A DNA stretch of 64,000 bases, from contig MU054212.1 in the NCBI GenBank assembly GCA_013239625.1, positions 8,976,898-9,040,897 on the forward strand, read 5' to 3'. Shown here piece by piece: positions 37,646 through 51,147 of this stretch. Under the pieces are notes generated by a model that saw only the letters and a list, made by a program, of their open reading frames with translations, was not told the DNA's origin and ran no database searches. How positions within the stretch are numbered: the first letter of the stretch is position 1; each line of letters opens with the position of its first letter. The position numbers and the translations under genes were made by a program. Origin of the DNA: Lama guanicoe (lineage: Eukaryota).

Positions 37646-39459
37646 TAACATTTTATTACATAAGAATAAAGAGAGACTGGAAAACCTGCATTTCTGTAAA
37701 AGATGACCTGTGTGTTTTAGTTGACCACATTTATAGAACATAAAGCTTTGTTGGATGAGATGGCTTGTAAAGCTTTACATTCTGTCAAAGGGGTTCAAAG
37801 GCCCTGGCTGCAGTGCTCTGTGAGCCGTATTTTAGGAGGGCCCCGGACTCTTTGGAGGGTGTCCTGTGCAGAATGCAGGAGAATACTGGGCTGCCAGAGG
37901 GCGTGGGGAGGCCTGGCCTGGAAACCTGGAAGGGTTGTCAAGAGCCTTCTCCCGACTTTCACGACTCTCCTGGGGATGGAGCGACCTGTTCTGGGTGGCT
38001 CCAGAGGGCGGCACTACCTCTGTGGGTAGAGGTTACTGGGGGCCGGATTGGGCTCAGAGTTGAGCAAGCTTGATGGCTGGCTTAGGGCAGGTCTTCAGTG
38101 GGTGGAGAATAGAACTTGGTGCCCTCTGAGGGCCCTTCCAAATCTGAGATTCTGCAGTCCTGGACAATCTACATTTTGTTTTAATTTCAGAGTCACCAAC
38201 ATATGGTTTCGAGATGAGTTTATCATTATAATTTAGGTTGTGTAATACTATAAAAGGAGACTGTGATGGGACTGTCCTTTAAGTGGGAAGGCTCAAGGAA
38301 GTTTCCAGAGCAGCAAAAGGACTGTTTTGCAGAGAATGAGTCTTGTGAAATGTAGTTGTGATGATAAAATCAAATTTCTCACTTGAAAAATAGGCAGTGA
38401 CTGGAGGGAGTCCTTAGCAAACGTGTGGCATGGGCAGTGTGTCCCCAAAATGCGTTTTGCGTTCAGTCACTAAAGGTCGATTCCATTTGATAAATCTGAA
38501 GTTTTTTTTTTTTTCCTAAATTCTCCTTTTTCCCTTTGGTGATTCTTTTTGAGCATTTCTACTTTCCAGTAATCATAGCTTTGCTGTACCAAGAAAGCTC
38601 TGCTCTCGGGGAGCTGTGATTTTCTGAGCCGTTATTACAGCTGGCATGGGCGGCCGAAAACCATCAAGACCATGGCCGTCCTGGGGATTTTCTGCAGAAA
38701 GAGACCCTGATTACTCTTTATTTTTGCTCATGCTGTTTTACTCTAATCTGTAATTTAAAATCCACTATACAAAGCGTCTATAGAGTGCCAGCTGGATGCC
38801 AGTCTAAAGACTTTCTTTTCTTTCTCTACTTTTTAAAATTTCAAATAGGACAATCAATTTTGATGTTTGCTGTTGAGAAACTGTTGAGGTGGAGCTTTCT
38901 GCTTCCTTAACTTCAGTGGATGGGGAGGTTGAAAATCAAATCTCCAGTTGAAGGTTTATGCTAAACGTCTTTTTTTCTAGCAAAGTGGGAAGGGCTAATA
39001 CCTCTGCCAGCTTCATCTTCCACAGACGAGGGAAGGAACCGTGGGCCTCTGGAGTTAGTCCTCTGATTACAGCCTGGGAAGGAGTGTGTGCTGTTTGCCC
39101 TGTTCTGCTGGTCCTTCCCTGGGCGTGTCAGGGTCACGCGTGGAAGGGAGGAAGGCTGGCAGGTGGAACCGACCAAGACGTACTTGGACTCATGGGTCAC
39201 GGTCAACCGCAAAGGGCAGTAAATGGCACCTTCTTGCTGCTTTTGAAAAGCAAATGCTTACCTTCTATATAGTAATGGCTGAGTCTTGACTTTTGCTTGG
39301 CGCTGTTTATCGTATGTTTGGGCTGTAGTTTTTTGGGGGGATGGCTTTTTTCTGGTCTTCTGATTCTTTGCCTTTTCCATTTGAATTAAAGCCTTATCTT
39401 CTGTTTTCCATTCCCTTTAATTGTTCAAGTATCTTAATGTCTTAGGCCTAAACAGTGAC

Positions 39460-39801
39460 TTTTTTTTGGTATATATATATGTTTATTGACGTATAGTCAG
39501 TTTACAATGTTGTGTCAGTTTCTGGTGTACAGCACAATGCTTCCGTCATACATGAACGTACATATATTCAGTTACTACGAGATATCAAATATAGTTGCCT
39601 GTGCAATACAGCATGAACACATTTATCTATTCTATATATATCAGTTGGTATCTGCAAATCTTGAACTCCCAGTTTACCCCCTCCCACCCCCTTCCCCCCA
39701 ACCCTGGTAACCACAAGTTTGTTCTCGATGTCTGAGAGTCTGTTTCTGTTTTGCAAATAAATTTATCTTTTTTTTTTTTAGATCCCACGTGTAAGTGATA
39801 T
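39460..39801 (-). mobile_element. L1 3' end
   Basis: tatagtcagtttacaatgttgtgtcagtttctggtgtacagcacaatgcttc..ctggtaaccacaagtttgttctc. Confidence 0.88.
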
Positions 39802-40324
39802 CTTAAATATAATCACCGTTACAACCCAAACTTCATAGGACACTGGGAAGTGGATGTTCTCAAATTGCTCTTGCTTTGAAAGCACAGTTCTTTCAGAAAA
39901 GAAATTAAGCAACATGTTTTTATGTATCACTTTTGTTGTTCTTAGAAAAGACCTTTACAAATCTATTCTTTTGTCCCAGTAGTTGTCCCAGGAATCAAGC
40001 CTAAGGAAATCTAATGAAATGCAAAACATAGTCATAAAACATTATTTATAATCATGAATTCTAATAATAAGCATAGTAAATAAGTTATATGTCTGATAGT
40101 AGCAGGGTTGGTACTGTTTCTCCTTTCTATCTGCCGGCATTTTTCAGCATCTTTAAAAAATGTGTTCGTTTGACTTACTCCAGCCGCTGGTGGGTCACAG
40201 GATCAGACCTTTTATGGATGAGAGGCTAGGCTAGATGGGATTTAAATTATTTTGCATGCGTAGCTAGTGTATGAAAAAAAATGCTTGGCTTAAGATATCT
40301 CAAACTTATTGATTGTATATCCTG

Positions 40325-41260
40325 GGGCTTCTGCTCCTGGCAACATGGTAAATGGGGTATCTGGGAAACCTTTGTCTTGCAGAACACGTAGTACTGCTGG
40401 CTGTAAAACACTGAGCATCCTTTTAAAAGCAAGGCAGAGATGACAAGAAATCACAGGGAATCCCCAGTGCCCAGAAACCTTTTCATGAGCGAGAACTATG
40501 TGAGCAGATGCTAGAGCAACCTTGGGCTGGTTGGCCAGTCTTGGTGACCTAACAGCACCTACGGGGGCGTGGGCATAGAAGATGAGACCTTAGGCTGGAG
40601 GAGGGTGGGGATTCCTGTTTAAAGCCAGGCTCCTCAGGACCACATCCTTGGTGAAAGAATGGACCACAGAAATTATGCCCCCTGGGGGAGATTACCACCC
40701 CCTGGGTTAGGGCTGGGTCTGGTGGGATTTGTAATCTCAGGTGTACCTTCTCTTGGGTTCAGGGTTTGAATGATATTACTTGTGTAAGAATCTTCAATCT
40801 TATTAGCAGAAGAGAGGTCTCTAGATGGTGATGCTTTTCTTGAGGGTCACAATATACTCAACTGCGCAGGATTTCCACATATCAAACTCCTGAAAATGGG
40901 CTCACAATCCAAAATTAAAGACCCCCTGAGGGAACCATCCACTGCACCTGAGGTTTAGTACACACAGTCAGCAGTGGGGTTAGAGGGCCATAAAGTTAGA
41001 TAGCAGACTGCTGGATGGAGAATATTAAATAGGTTTGTTTCAAACTATTGGAGACATAAAAGAAGAAATTTAAAGCATAAGAATAGAAAGATGTTATCAA
41101 AAAAGAAAAGGCAGATGTAAAAAAAAAATCAAAACCAAAGTGGAGTAGTTAATTTAAATACTCAGTGGACAGGTTAGGAATCATATGAACAAAACTGGAG
41201 AAAGGATTCTATACTGGAAGATGGATGTTACTGAAATTGCACAGAGCTGCATGCTTCATT
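40325..41260 (+). mobile_element. Old L1/HAL1-like 5'/ORF1 region, degraded
   Basis: Starts gggcttctgctcctggcaacatgg and becomes A-rich with an ORF1-like texture (agacataaaagaagaaatt..aaatactcagtggacaggtta). Confidence 0.4.
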
Positions 41261-42621
41261 TCGGATATATCCTGAGAGTTTTGGAAGAACACAGAAAATA
41301 GGCCTAAAGAGATAACCTGCAAATTATAAAAGCTAGTAAGTATTGTTGAGCAGCATACAACCTTAATGCACAGTTGGATTATGTTTCCGGGTATAGTTTA
41401 TCTTAGTTTCTGAGACATTGACAAATTGAGCGAGACTAGTAATTGCTGCTGCTGTGAGCACTTGCCGTGAGTAAAGCCTTGTTTTCATGCTTTGCGTTTG
41501 GTGAGGAGGTGTGGGGGCTCTCTGCTGTTTCCATCTGTCCAACCGCTTTCTCACCTCTCTCTTTCTGGTAGCTTTTCCGAGCCCTTTTCTGGCTCCTGGT
41601 GTGACGCCCCCGCTCTGGCCCTTTCCTCAGGTCTCACTCTGTCCACTCTCCTCCAGCTGTGGCCTCAGTAGCCTTTCTGCCCAGACCCCAGTCCCTCCCC
41701 TCTGGCTTGTACCTGTCTGTCTGCAGGGTGTCACGTCCGTCTTGCAGCCCCTCAGACTCAGAATATTCACCGTTCAGTAGATCTCTTATGTGATGATGGT
41801 CCCCAACCCTGAGGCCTGAGACCTGGTCAGCTCCCTTCCCCCACCCGCGCACAGGGCTTGGAGGCCATGCCTGGCGTCCACTGCCTGAATCCTTCCAGCC
41901 TCGAGCTCTGTGATCGGTCCTCGCCCTGCCTGGGCTCAGGCCCTCTCTCATCTGCCTCCCATTCCTGTCTCCAGGCTCTCTTCCTCCAGCTTCTCCTCCA
42001 CTTGGGGACCCACATTTTCACTTAAAAATCCAGCGCTGATCTGACCTCCCTGTGGCCTTGGGGTGTGGCGCAGACCCTTTGCAGCCTGGCCCGAGCGTGT
42101 CTGGGCTCAGCTCGGACAACTCTGTCTACCCTGAACGCCAAGTCGTGCTGAACACAGTCAGATGCCAATGCTTGCTGTTCAGGACCCATATTATCTGCAA
42201 TAAAACGAAGTTAATCTACCAGCATCTCACAGAAGTTTCGGGCAAGAGAGAATGTGGAAGTTTCTAGCCAGCAGGGCACGCAAAGTGGAAAGAACAGCGC
42301 AGCACCTTACTGACTGACAAAAGTTGCGTTAACGGTCGATGGTTTTTATTAAGGGTGCTCTTTCATTGCAGTTAATACACAGGTTTTCTAAAGACTTTCA
42401 TTGATCCATCCCCAACCTTGGACTCTCCAGCTTCCTTCTCAAAAGATCTTAAGCTGTGGATTTCCTCTCCCTGGGGCTGCAGAAGGGCAGCTGCATCACC
42501 TGCCCACCTGGACCTCTAGGTGCCTGGTCAGGTCTTTGGATCTGCCCAGGATTTAGCACAGAAGTCAGTGAGTGAGTGAGTGAGGAGTGAGTAAATGAAT
42601 CCTCCTGTGCTCTAGGAGTCA

Positions 42622-42785
42622 GTCAGCACTTCTCAGATCTCAACATGCATGGGACTTGCCTGGGGCCCTTGTTAAAATGCAGGTGATGCTTCAGTAGGTC
42701 TGGGTGGGACCAAGCTTCTGTGTTTCTCACAAACTCCTGGCTGATGCTGGAGCTGCCGGGTCCAGAATTCACGCTTTGCAGAGCT
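42622..42785. mobile_element. MER5A
   Basis: cttgttaaaatgcagg..ttcagtaggtctgggtggg..tttctcacaaactcctggctgatgctg. Confidence 0.75.
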
Positions 42786-43659
42786 AAGGATTGATCCCCT
42801 AACCTTAAAAAGTAGTGGGGCCGTTCAGGTTGAGCCGGCCACCTGCACTGAGGACTGGCCAGCTGTCCTCTTCCAAAGTGGGAGCAGGCTCCAAAGTATT
42901 TCAGGAAGGCTTTCCACATCCGCCTGGGGGAGAGCCTTTTCTTCCTGACGGAGGATGTGGTTACCCGCCAGATCTCCAGCCTCCTTCCTTATTTGAGGAA
43001 CCCCTGGAAAGGGCCACACGTGGGACGGAAAGGGTGTGAGGCACCGTCCCAGGTGGGCGCTCTGACCAGCTGACTCTGAGTCTGCATCTGGAAAATGACG
43101 GCTCCGTTGGAAGACCTCCCAAGCACTCCTGATGCTCCTACTTTGCCACCAAGACCCCGAGGTCACCAGTGCCGCCAGCCTCCAGGAGTATTAAGATGAT
43201 CTTGAGACAGGAGTGACTGGGGCTGAGTTCCAAAATTTTTGTTAATGAACCTAAACACTTCTATGGTAGAAAAAAATATCCAATCCGTAATAAACTCTAT
43301 TAATATCTTCCCACATATCAACATAGTCCACATACTTGTCATTTTTAAATGGCTCAGTAGTTGCATTCCCTCCGGTTGCCTGGCTAAGGCCATGTGTGGC
43401 CGTTCCCCTGAGGCTGCCGCTTGGCTCATCTCCAGTTTTTTTCCCTCTGTTTTATACAGTGAGCTTATGCCTGTCTGCTGAGTTTATTCCCCTCCCCATC
43501 CAACCTCCCCAACCTCTGTTACTGCCTTGGGGAAGCTTTTAAAATTCATAGCTCACATGGTCAGATCATCCAGTTACATGATCTTATAAACCTGCTATAT
43601 ACTTTTGGGTTTGTTTTTTAACCATGTTTTTCCCAGTCTGCATGGATGTGTGTTTAAAG

Positions 43660-43780
43660 TTGGTCTCCCTCATTAGATTGTCAACTCCAAAGGCTAGTCT
43701 TTCTACTGTCCTTGTCCCTGCAGCGTTCTCGCCACCTAGAACGCTGCTGGCACGCAGGAGCTCAGTAACGTGGATGAGCC
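43660..43780 (+). mobile_element. L2 3' end
   Basis: ctccctcattagattgtcaactcc..cacctagaacgctgctggcacgcaggagctcagtaa. Confidence 0.6.
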
Positions 43781-45139
43781 CTGTAGCTGGACTGCAGTGT
43801 GTCAGGCGTGGCTCCCACGGGCTCCACCTGCCCGCCAACCTGCATCGGGCCAAGTATCGCGTTGGACGCTGGGGACATACAGAAAGGTGTGCGTGGACCC
43901 TGCCTTCAGGTCGCTCAAATCCAGCTGGGAGAGAGGGAAGGAAAACGGCCAATTCTATTTCATTGTGTGAAGTGCCAGCAAATGTGGAAGCTCAGGGTTC
44001 TCTGGGGACATAGAAGAGGAGGACTGGACTGAGGCTGGGGTCTAAAGGAAGTCCACCTGGAGACAGGGAGGCCTGAATTGGGGTCCACACATGTATGACA
44101 GCCTTGCTTCAGACTGGATGTCTGATAGCCATTGCAGTGGGCAGAGCCCTGGCTGGCAGGATCTATGCTTTATGATTGGTGGCACCTTGATTTGACATCT
44201 GAGGTCACTGTAGAGATGGTACACTGGGGAACCACACGTTACAGGGCAAGTGTCACTCAAATTGCACAGCTGGGCTGTGCGATTGCCTTTATGTGCCTGA
44301 ATCCTAGCACAGTCCAGCGCTGTGTCTCCATCACATTTTAGGTGCAGCTCCTGCCTGTGGAACAAAATGTACCCACTCAAAGAGTTGTGGACCCAGTGAA
44401 TTTGTTTGGTAGTGTTAGAAGGGACCTTGGTCAACTAGCAGTGACTTGTTAACGTGATGGGAAATCGCCCTCCCCCCACAGCGGAAAGGCCAAGTCAAGT
44501 CACGCTAAGTGAGGCTTTTTTACTTCGGCTCATGGAAGTCAGTGAGTAAAGCAGAGGAACAGAATAATAAATTACCGATTACAGAGTGTTTCCTCTGTGA
44601 GTCATGGTGTGAGAGTGTCATTATTTTTCACAGTTCAGAATTGTCATTGCCAGCAACTGGAATACTCAGCAACTTCCAGACGCTGGACGTGCATGTGTTC
44701 TTGGAGCGCCCCCCTCTCCCTCCCATTCCCCCGTGGCCCCATTCATGTTTGTTCTTTATCATGTAATATGTCTGTAAGATCGTGGTTCAAACATTCCTCA
44801 GAGTTTGTGACATTTTTTTGAGCAGAAAATAGTTTGTGGAGGCCAACAGTTTTTTAACTTTTCTTTGAAGGTATATCCACGATAACACGTTTTTCATACA
44901 CACAAATGTATTTCCTCATATACCCCCAAAACTAGTGGATTTTACCCCTCATCTCTTTATAAGTGGATTTTTTTCTACTAGATATTTTTTAATCACATGA
45001 CTCTCTTATGTTGGCATTTGGATTTCTTACTTTTCATTCAGTCTGTTTCTCTGTCTCACCTTACGTGGTCGCATAGGAAAAAGGCAACTTCCCAAGAAAT
45101 GAGAATTTGGTGGAAAATTTTTGCTTTTTGCACTTATTT

Positions 45140-47400
45140 TTACATTTTAGCTTCTCATTTGAAATAACTGCAGACTCCCCCTACCCATGACAAAAATAGG
45201 ACATAGACTTCAAGTGCTTTGCCAGCCTTTGCCAGGTGTTGTCATCTGGTAAACTGTAGCACAGGCATCCAAACCAGGAGAGTAGTGTTGCTGCGATGGG
45301 TTCACTGTGCCATGCAGATTTTGTCAGTTGTCCCACTGTTGTCTTTTTTTCAGTTCCAGGGTCCGATTCAGCATGCAGTCCCAGGTCGCACATTTCGTTT
45401 TAGACATCATCACGTCTTCCTCGTCTCTTCTGGTTTGTGACCGTCCCTCAGTCTCTTTCTTTTATGACCTTGACAGTTTTGAAGAGCACTGGCCAGTTGT
45501 TTTGTAGGCAGTCTCTCAAAATGGGTTTGTGTGATGCTCCCTCAAACTTAAATGACGCATTTTTGCAGACACAGAAATGCCACAGAAAGGTTGTGTCCTC
45601 CTCAGTTCGTCATACGAGGAGGTACGTGATACCCGTAGGTTTCACTGCTGGTGCTGGTAACTTGGGTCACTTGTGTAAAGTGCTATCTGTAAGCTCTCGC
45701 CACTAAAACGTTTTAGTTTCCCCCTTTTAAATTAATCTTGTCAGGAAATGCTTTGCGATTGTATAAATACCCTGCTTCTCCTCATACTTTGAAATCCCTT
45801 GGTAATTCTTACCCGTGACAGTCATTACTATGATGTGTGCTAAATGGTACCTTTTTATTTCTATCATCCCATGTACATTTGTGCATTGGAATTCTGCTGT
45901 AAGAAACAGCTTCCTTTATCTATTTATTCATGTATTTGTTAATATCAGTATGGACTCAGGGATATTTGTTTCAGTCCATTGGTTTATTTTGTTGCTCAGA
46001 TTGTTCCAGACTTGCCAGATTTGACCATTCGGAGATCTTTTGAGATGACTCCTGTGTCCTTTAGATATTCCCACATCATATTTTTTTGGACTTTTTCATT
46101 TATGGCACTTCAAGATATTTTATGCTTATTCTGTACTTGCCCTGTCCAGTCCTGGAAGCAGTTTCTCCAAAGAGCTCTGTTTCCTTTAGTGGAGAATGGT
46201 GTTTAGAAACCAAGATCTTAGAGGCTAGATGTGCTCATTCGTATTGAGGTGTCATTGGTTTTATACCTTCTCAGAGCACAGAGCTGGGAAATACATAAAT
46301 GCACACACACGTACACATATACTTCCCTATCTCTGTCGAATTATATATCTGTCTATGTGTCTACGTTTCTGTCTATCAAAAACTTTGAATTTGTACCAAT
46401 ATGACTGATTCTAAACTACCAGCACAGGGCTCATTCTAGTCCTCCTCCCTTTTATTATTTGTAACACTTTTCTCCATCAGAGAGACACCTGGCTGCTGTT
46501 AGCCACAATGTGTTTACTTATGTACTCAGCCTTAGGTATGCAATAAAGTGCAATAGTTTCCAAATTGTTAATCCTTGTGCCTGTGGAAAAAACTTGAGTA
46601 TAGATTTTAGCCTTACAGTATCTGGTCAAGAAAGCAACTGTTTTCCAAAATTACTTGTTACTCCTATTCTTTCCTCACCCCCTTCAATGAGGTTGTATTA
46701 TTCATTTGTAGTATCATTAGATTCATTTGTTACTCTTCTTATTCCATTTTGGGTTCCCTTCACATCCTGGTTGACTTTAATTGTTTTTTTTTTTGAATAT
46801 GTCAGAAACATAAGCAAGGTTTAAAAAATCGAAACAATACAGAAGGGCATAGTCAGAGAAGTGCTGCTTCCTCCTTGCCCTACTCTGAAGTTCCCATTTC
46901 CTCCTTCTTTCCACCATGTGCCCAGCTATACTGCGTAGATTACCGACCTCCTTAGTTTCTCAATTCTCGTTCTGTATTTCTTGTTGCACAAATGAGCAGA
47001 TACATGAATGTTTTCATATCTCTTCCTTACACGAAGGGCAGCATGCTTTGGGTATTCTTTCATGCTTTGCTCTTTTTACTTAACAGAATGTCCTGCAAAT
47101 CACTTCATCTCAGTTCACAGAGATCTTCCTCAGTTCTTTGCAGCTGTGATGTATTTCATTGTGTGGAGGGACCGCAGTTTATCTCACAGCTCTGTCCTAT
47201 GTTGGCATGTAAGTTGTTTTTGATGTGTTGCAATTACAGACAATACCATGATGAATAGCATCATGCTTGTATATTTCATGTTGCGAGAGGTGTTTTGTCT
47301 GGGTAAATCCCTAGAAGTAAATGATAAGCCAAAAGATAAAGTGTCTCTACAGTTGAGATGTTGCCAAATTCCCCTCCAAAAACTGTGGTTGGATAATTTG
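45140..47400 (-). mobile_element. Old L1MC/MD/ME-type 3' regions (composite)
   Basis: tttatgaccttgacagttttgaagagcactggccagttgttttgtag, ttagtggagaatggtgtttagaaaccaagatct, gggtaaatccctagaagt. Confidence 0.7.
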
Positions 47401-47680
47401 AATAGGACAATCTTAGAAAACTGTGACTTGTGTTTGCCAAAAGTGGCGGCTGTGACAATATTCACTGGTTGTAGAGATGGGTGAGTGGTTCCCTCGGAGA
47501 GTGGGGAGCTTGGCCCATTGCCCTGTCCCTCTCCTGTCTTCTAGGGCACCAAAACAGTATAGTGGAAGACGAAGAGAGGCCAGTTTGAGATTCAGATAAT
47601 CCATGCTTTTCTAGGCTACCAGTGGAGCCTGCTGCTCGTGGTGGTGAATGAAATGATACCATTTTTTAGGGAAAGAACAT

Positions 47681-47700
47681 GGGGTGGGGGTAGGGGTGGG
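47681..47700 (+). other. Canonical G-quadruplex motif
   Basis: GGGG-T-GGGGG-TA-GGGG-T-GGG. Confidence 0.6.
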
Positions 47701-48338
47701 AATTGGGTTAAAAACTTCTGGGTTTGAGTCCTGCCTTGGGTTTTAGTGGTATAACTCCTAAGCAGATGTTTTATTTAACCTCCCTGGGAAATTAGAATAA
47801 TAAATACTAATGTATGGAAAGTCCACGTCAATGTCTGGTGGGGTTGATGTGGCTGATCTGAGGAGTAAATAAATCGTAAACGGAGTGGTACACAGTGATA
47901 GTTATTTCCCCTCTCCATTTCCCAATCCTGTCCACTTAATTTGAAGAAAGAAGAGGGATTCTAAATTATTCCACTGGCTGACCATGAGGCTGTGTTTAAA
48001 ATCTCTATAAAAATAAACTTTGTTTAACCTCAATATTTGACAGCTTGGCTAAGGGTGTGATTATGAAGGTTTGGGCCTCTGCCCCATCTCAGATTTCCTC
48101 TTTCCAGTTGAGGATGCCCTGTTGGCGAGTTCCAGGGACAGTGGACCTTTCCAGGTGGTACCACCGAGGCTTTATCTGGTTAGCCACAGCAATCATAACT
48201 GTAGTCCCCTGGATCTCAATACAAGTCAGGTTGAAAATAAAATCACAATTTTTTTTTCTAGGTCAACTAATGGAGCGTTCTGGACCCCATTCCAGGGTTC
48301 TCCAGTGCTTTCTGTTGCATTCAAAGCACTGAATCCTT

Positions 48339-48572
48339 AGGGAGGGATAAGTTGGGAGTTTGAGATTTGAAGATACTAACTACTATGTATAAAATAGATA
48401 AACGGCAAGGTCCTACTGTAGAGCACAGGGAACTTTATTCAATACCTTGTAATGGCCTATAGTGAAAAAGAGTATGAAAAGGCATATATACATAACTGAA
48501 TCATTATGCTGTATACCAGAAGTTAATACAACATTGTAAACTGACTATATTTCAATTAAAAACAAAAACGAA
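48339..48572 (+). mobile_element. L1 3' end with degenerate TSD
   Basis: gggagtttgagatttgaagatactaactact..ctgactatatttcaattaaaa. Flanks caaagcactgaatcctt and caaagaagtgaagcctt match 14/17. Confidence 0.88.
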
Positions 48573-50348
48573 CAAAGAAGTGAAGCCTTTCTCCAGACTT
48601 CTGCTGAGGAACTGAGACACTGGTTCCTGTCCTGGGTGAGGCTTCAAGGATGGGGGCATGTTGCTAGGACAGCAGACGGTAAAGTGTTTAGAACGGCTGA
48701 AGACTCATCCACAGTTAATTTTGCTGCAAATACAGGACTGAGCCATGTTGGGTAAGCAAAGTGTTGAAAAACCAGACCTCAAAATGTGATGTTGTCCCTC
48801 AGGACTGGTGCTTGGGGGTCCAGAACGCTAGGGACCTAGTCTTCCTGCCACGCAAAAGGGCCCTGGGGGCTCTCAGAAGGACGGCTCATTGTCAGCGACA
48901 GCCTGAAATCACCAGCAACACGAGAAGCCAGCAACACAGTCAGGCTGTCTTCTAACAGTTTAAAAAAAAAAATCTCCGTATTGATTTCTCTTACTCAGCA
49001 GCATTAGCCTCTGTGGGCATTTTCCTTTTCCAACACGCTGTCTCGTCAGCGTTGGAGACTGCTCCCCGGGGAGGTCATGGGATAATTCCTATTGGCAAGT
49101 TTTGCCTCACTTTAATCCGCACGTCCCAAGTTGAACCCTTTTTTTGAATGGAAAGGCTTTGCAAGTCGGTAAGGATCTGCTAGTAAGTAGAGAGAATTGA
49201 GGGAGGCGCCCAGGCTGGGGAGGTTGTGAATTCACATCCTGTCCTAGGTCGGTCCTGAAGGAAAGCTGCCTGGTGGTGGCCAGCTCGGACACAGACGCAA
49301 TTCACAGTCTTGCTTTGGCCCCACCTCCATGCACTCCCTGCGCCCTTGGTGCGCTAAGAGTTGTTAATGTGCCCGTCTGCCTCCACGAGAATAGTTATTG
49401 AAAGCTGAACTGTTTTATTCCTTTGTTTATCTACTGGGTATGTCTTCCTGGATAAAAACTTAATAAAATGAGTAAGACGGCGACCAAGGTACAGTGAAGA
49501 AAGCCTGCCTGGTTCTCCTTTGCTGGGGAGGTGGACCGTGTGGCAGAAAGCCCTTGGGTCCTTGCCCTGGACCTGTGTGATCACCTAAAAGGCGTTTCCA
49601 CACAGCACCCGTGGCAGCTCCATCTCTTTGGGATTCGAGATGCAGTTCTATCAAAGCCCACAGTGTCTTTACGATCCATCCAGAGGTCAGAGTGAGCGGG
49701 GCTCAATTAGGCAGCATCCTCAGGCTGGAGCTTCAGCGGGCAGCGCTTTAGCAGCCTGCCTCTACCAAAATGCTGCTGAAATCTTTCCTTGTTTTCTTAG
49801 CTTTATTTTAGAAACTCATTTTGACTCTGCCTTCCACATTCTGAGGATCATGATTAATGTAAATGTACTAATACTGCATCTTCCAGACCTTTGAGTAAGA
49901 TTGAGGCACAGGATGGGGCATGCTAACCCTGTGGATTAACCCCATGTCACTGCAGATCCCGGGGGTGTGAGCAAGTGTTGGAGGGGCCCAGGCCAGAGGA
50001 CCTCTCAAAATACCGTCATCCACATGCCTTTGTGCTTGGTCTGGGGATGTGATGTTCGATTTGGCTTTGGTGTGTGATGGCAGGGTCTGGGCACCATCAG
50101 CTTGACCTGGCCCAATTTGATAGGTTTTGTTTTTTCCACATGAGCTGATCTTTCCAGTAGGGTAGCGGGGCTGGTGCGGACTGTGGACCCTAGAGCTTCA
50201 TATGGTGTGGACCACATGCTTCTCTTTATCCTCAGTGTGGCTGTCAGAAGGGCTGGTGGAGACGGGGAGGGGCATGGATGGACAGCTCCAGCCTCAGGAA
50301 ATAGTCCACAATATGGCAAAAACTAGCCAGTGTCCCCTGATGACTTTT

Positions 50349-50505
50349 TTTTTTAACTTAATTAATTTTTTCTTTTTTTTTTTGCAGGGGGAAGTAATTA
50401 GGTTTATTTATTTATTCAGTTTTTTGATGGAGGTACTGGGGATTGAACCCAGGACCTCGTGCATGCTAAGCATGCACTCTACCACTTGAGCTATACCCTC
50501 CATCT
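50349..50505 (-). mobile_element. tRNA-Ala-derived camelid SINE (Vic-1-like) with TSD
   Basis: tRNA-like head on the - strand and a T-rich tail on +. TSD ccctgatgactttt at 50335-50348 and 50506-50519. Confidence 0.92.
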
Positions 50506-50990
50506 CCCTGATGACTTTTGCAGCACGATTTATAATGAAAATCTGAGAGCAACCTTAATGTTTAATTGCAGTAGGATACATTTAAGCAAATTGTCGACTC
50601 GATGGGATATCATGCAGTTGTTAACATCATTTTTTAGTGTAGCAACCTGGAATGAGTTGTTTAGGCAAATAAAAGCAGGTTTCAGACTTGCTTTAGAGAC
50701 ACAGTAAATGCATATCTGTATAAGAAACTGGTTCCTTTGGCTGCTTCTGAGGAGGGGAATCTGGCAGCTGTGGGGACAGGATAGGGGAGAGGCACTGCGC
50801 CTTTTCCACCATATGAATGTATTTCCTTTTCAAAAATAAACAAGAAAGAAGAGATTAAAAATAAATAACGAAGAAGAGAGAAATGTGTAAGAACTGAAAG
50901 GAAATATAGAAAAAGGAGGGCAGCAATCGTGTTAGGTGGTACCATAAAGGATACTTTCATTTCATTCCAGGTTTTTAAAATAATAAGAAA

Positions 50991-51147
50991 TAATAATAGT
51001 ATAATAATAATAATAATAATAAATTGTAATATGTTATTAATATATCACATTACTTTATTAATTTAATTTTATTTATTAAATTTTAATTAATTAATTAATT
51101 ATACTAATATATTAATAATATATTATTATTATTATTATTATTATTTT
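50991..51147. repeat. AT-rich imperfect palindrome, (AAT)n ... (ATT)n
   Basis: (AAT)n at 51001-51022 pairs with (ATT)n at 51121-51145. 51028-51045 matches the reverse complement of 51107-51124 at 17/18. Confidence 0.8.

Noticed and set aside
49468..49494. ATGAGTAAGACGGCGACCAAG|gtacag as a possible coding first exon
   Set aside because: The donor is weak and the 7-aa peptide is too short to support a call.
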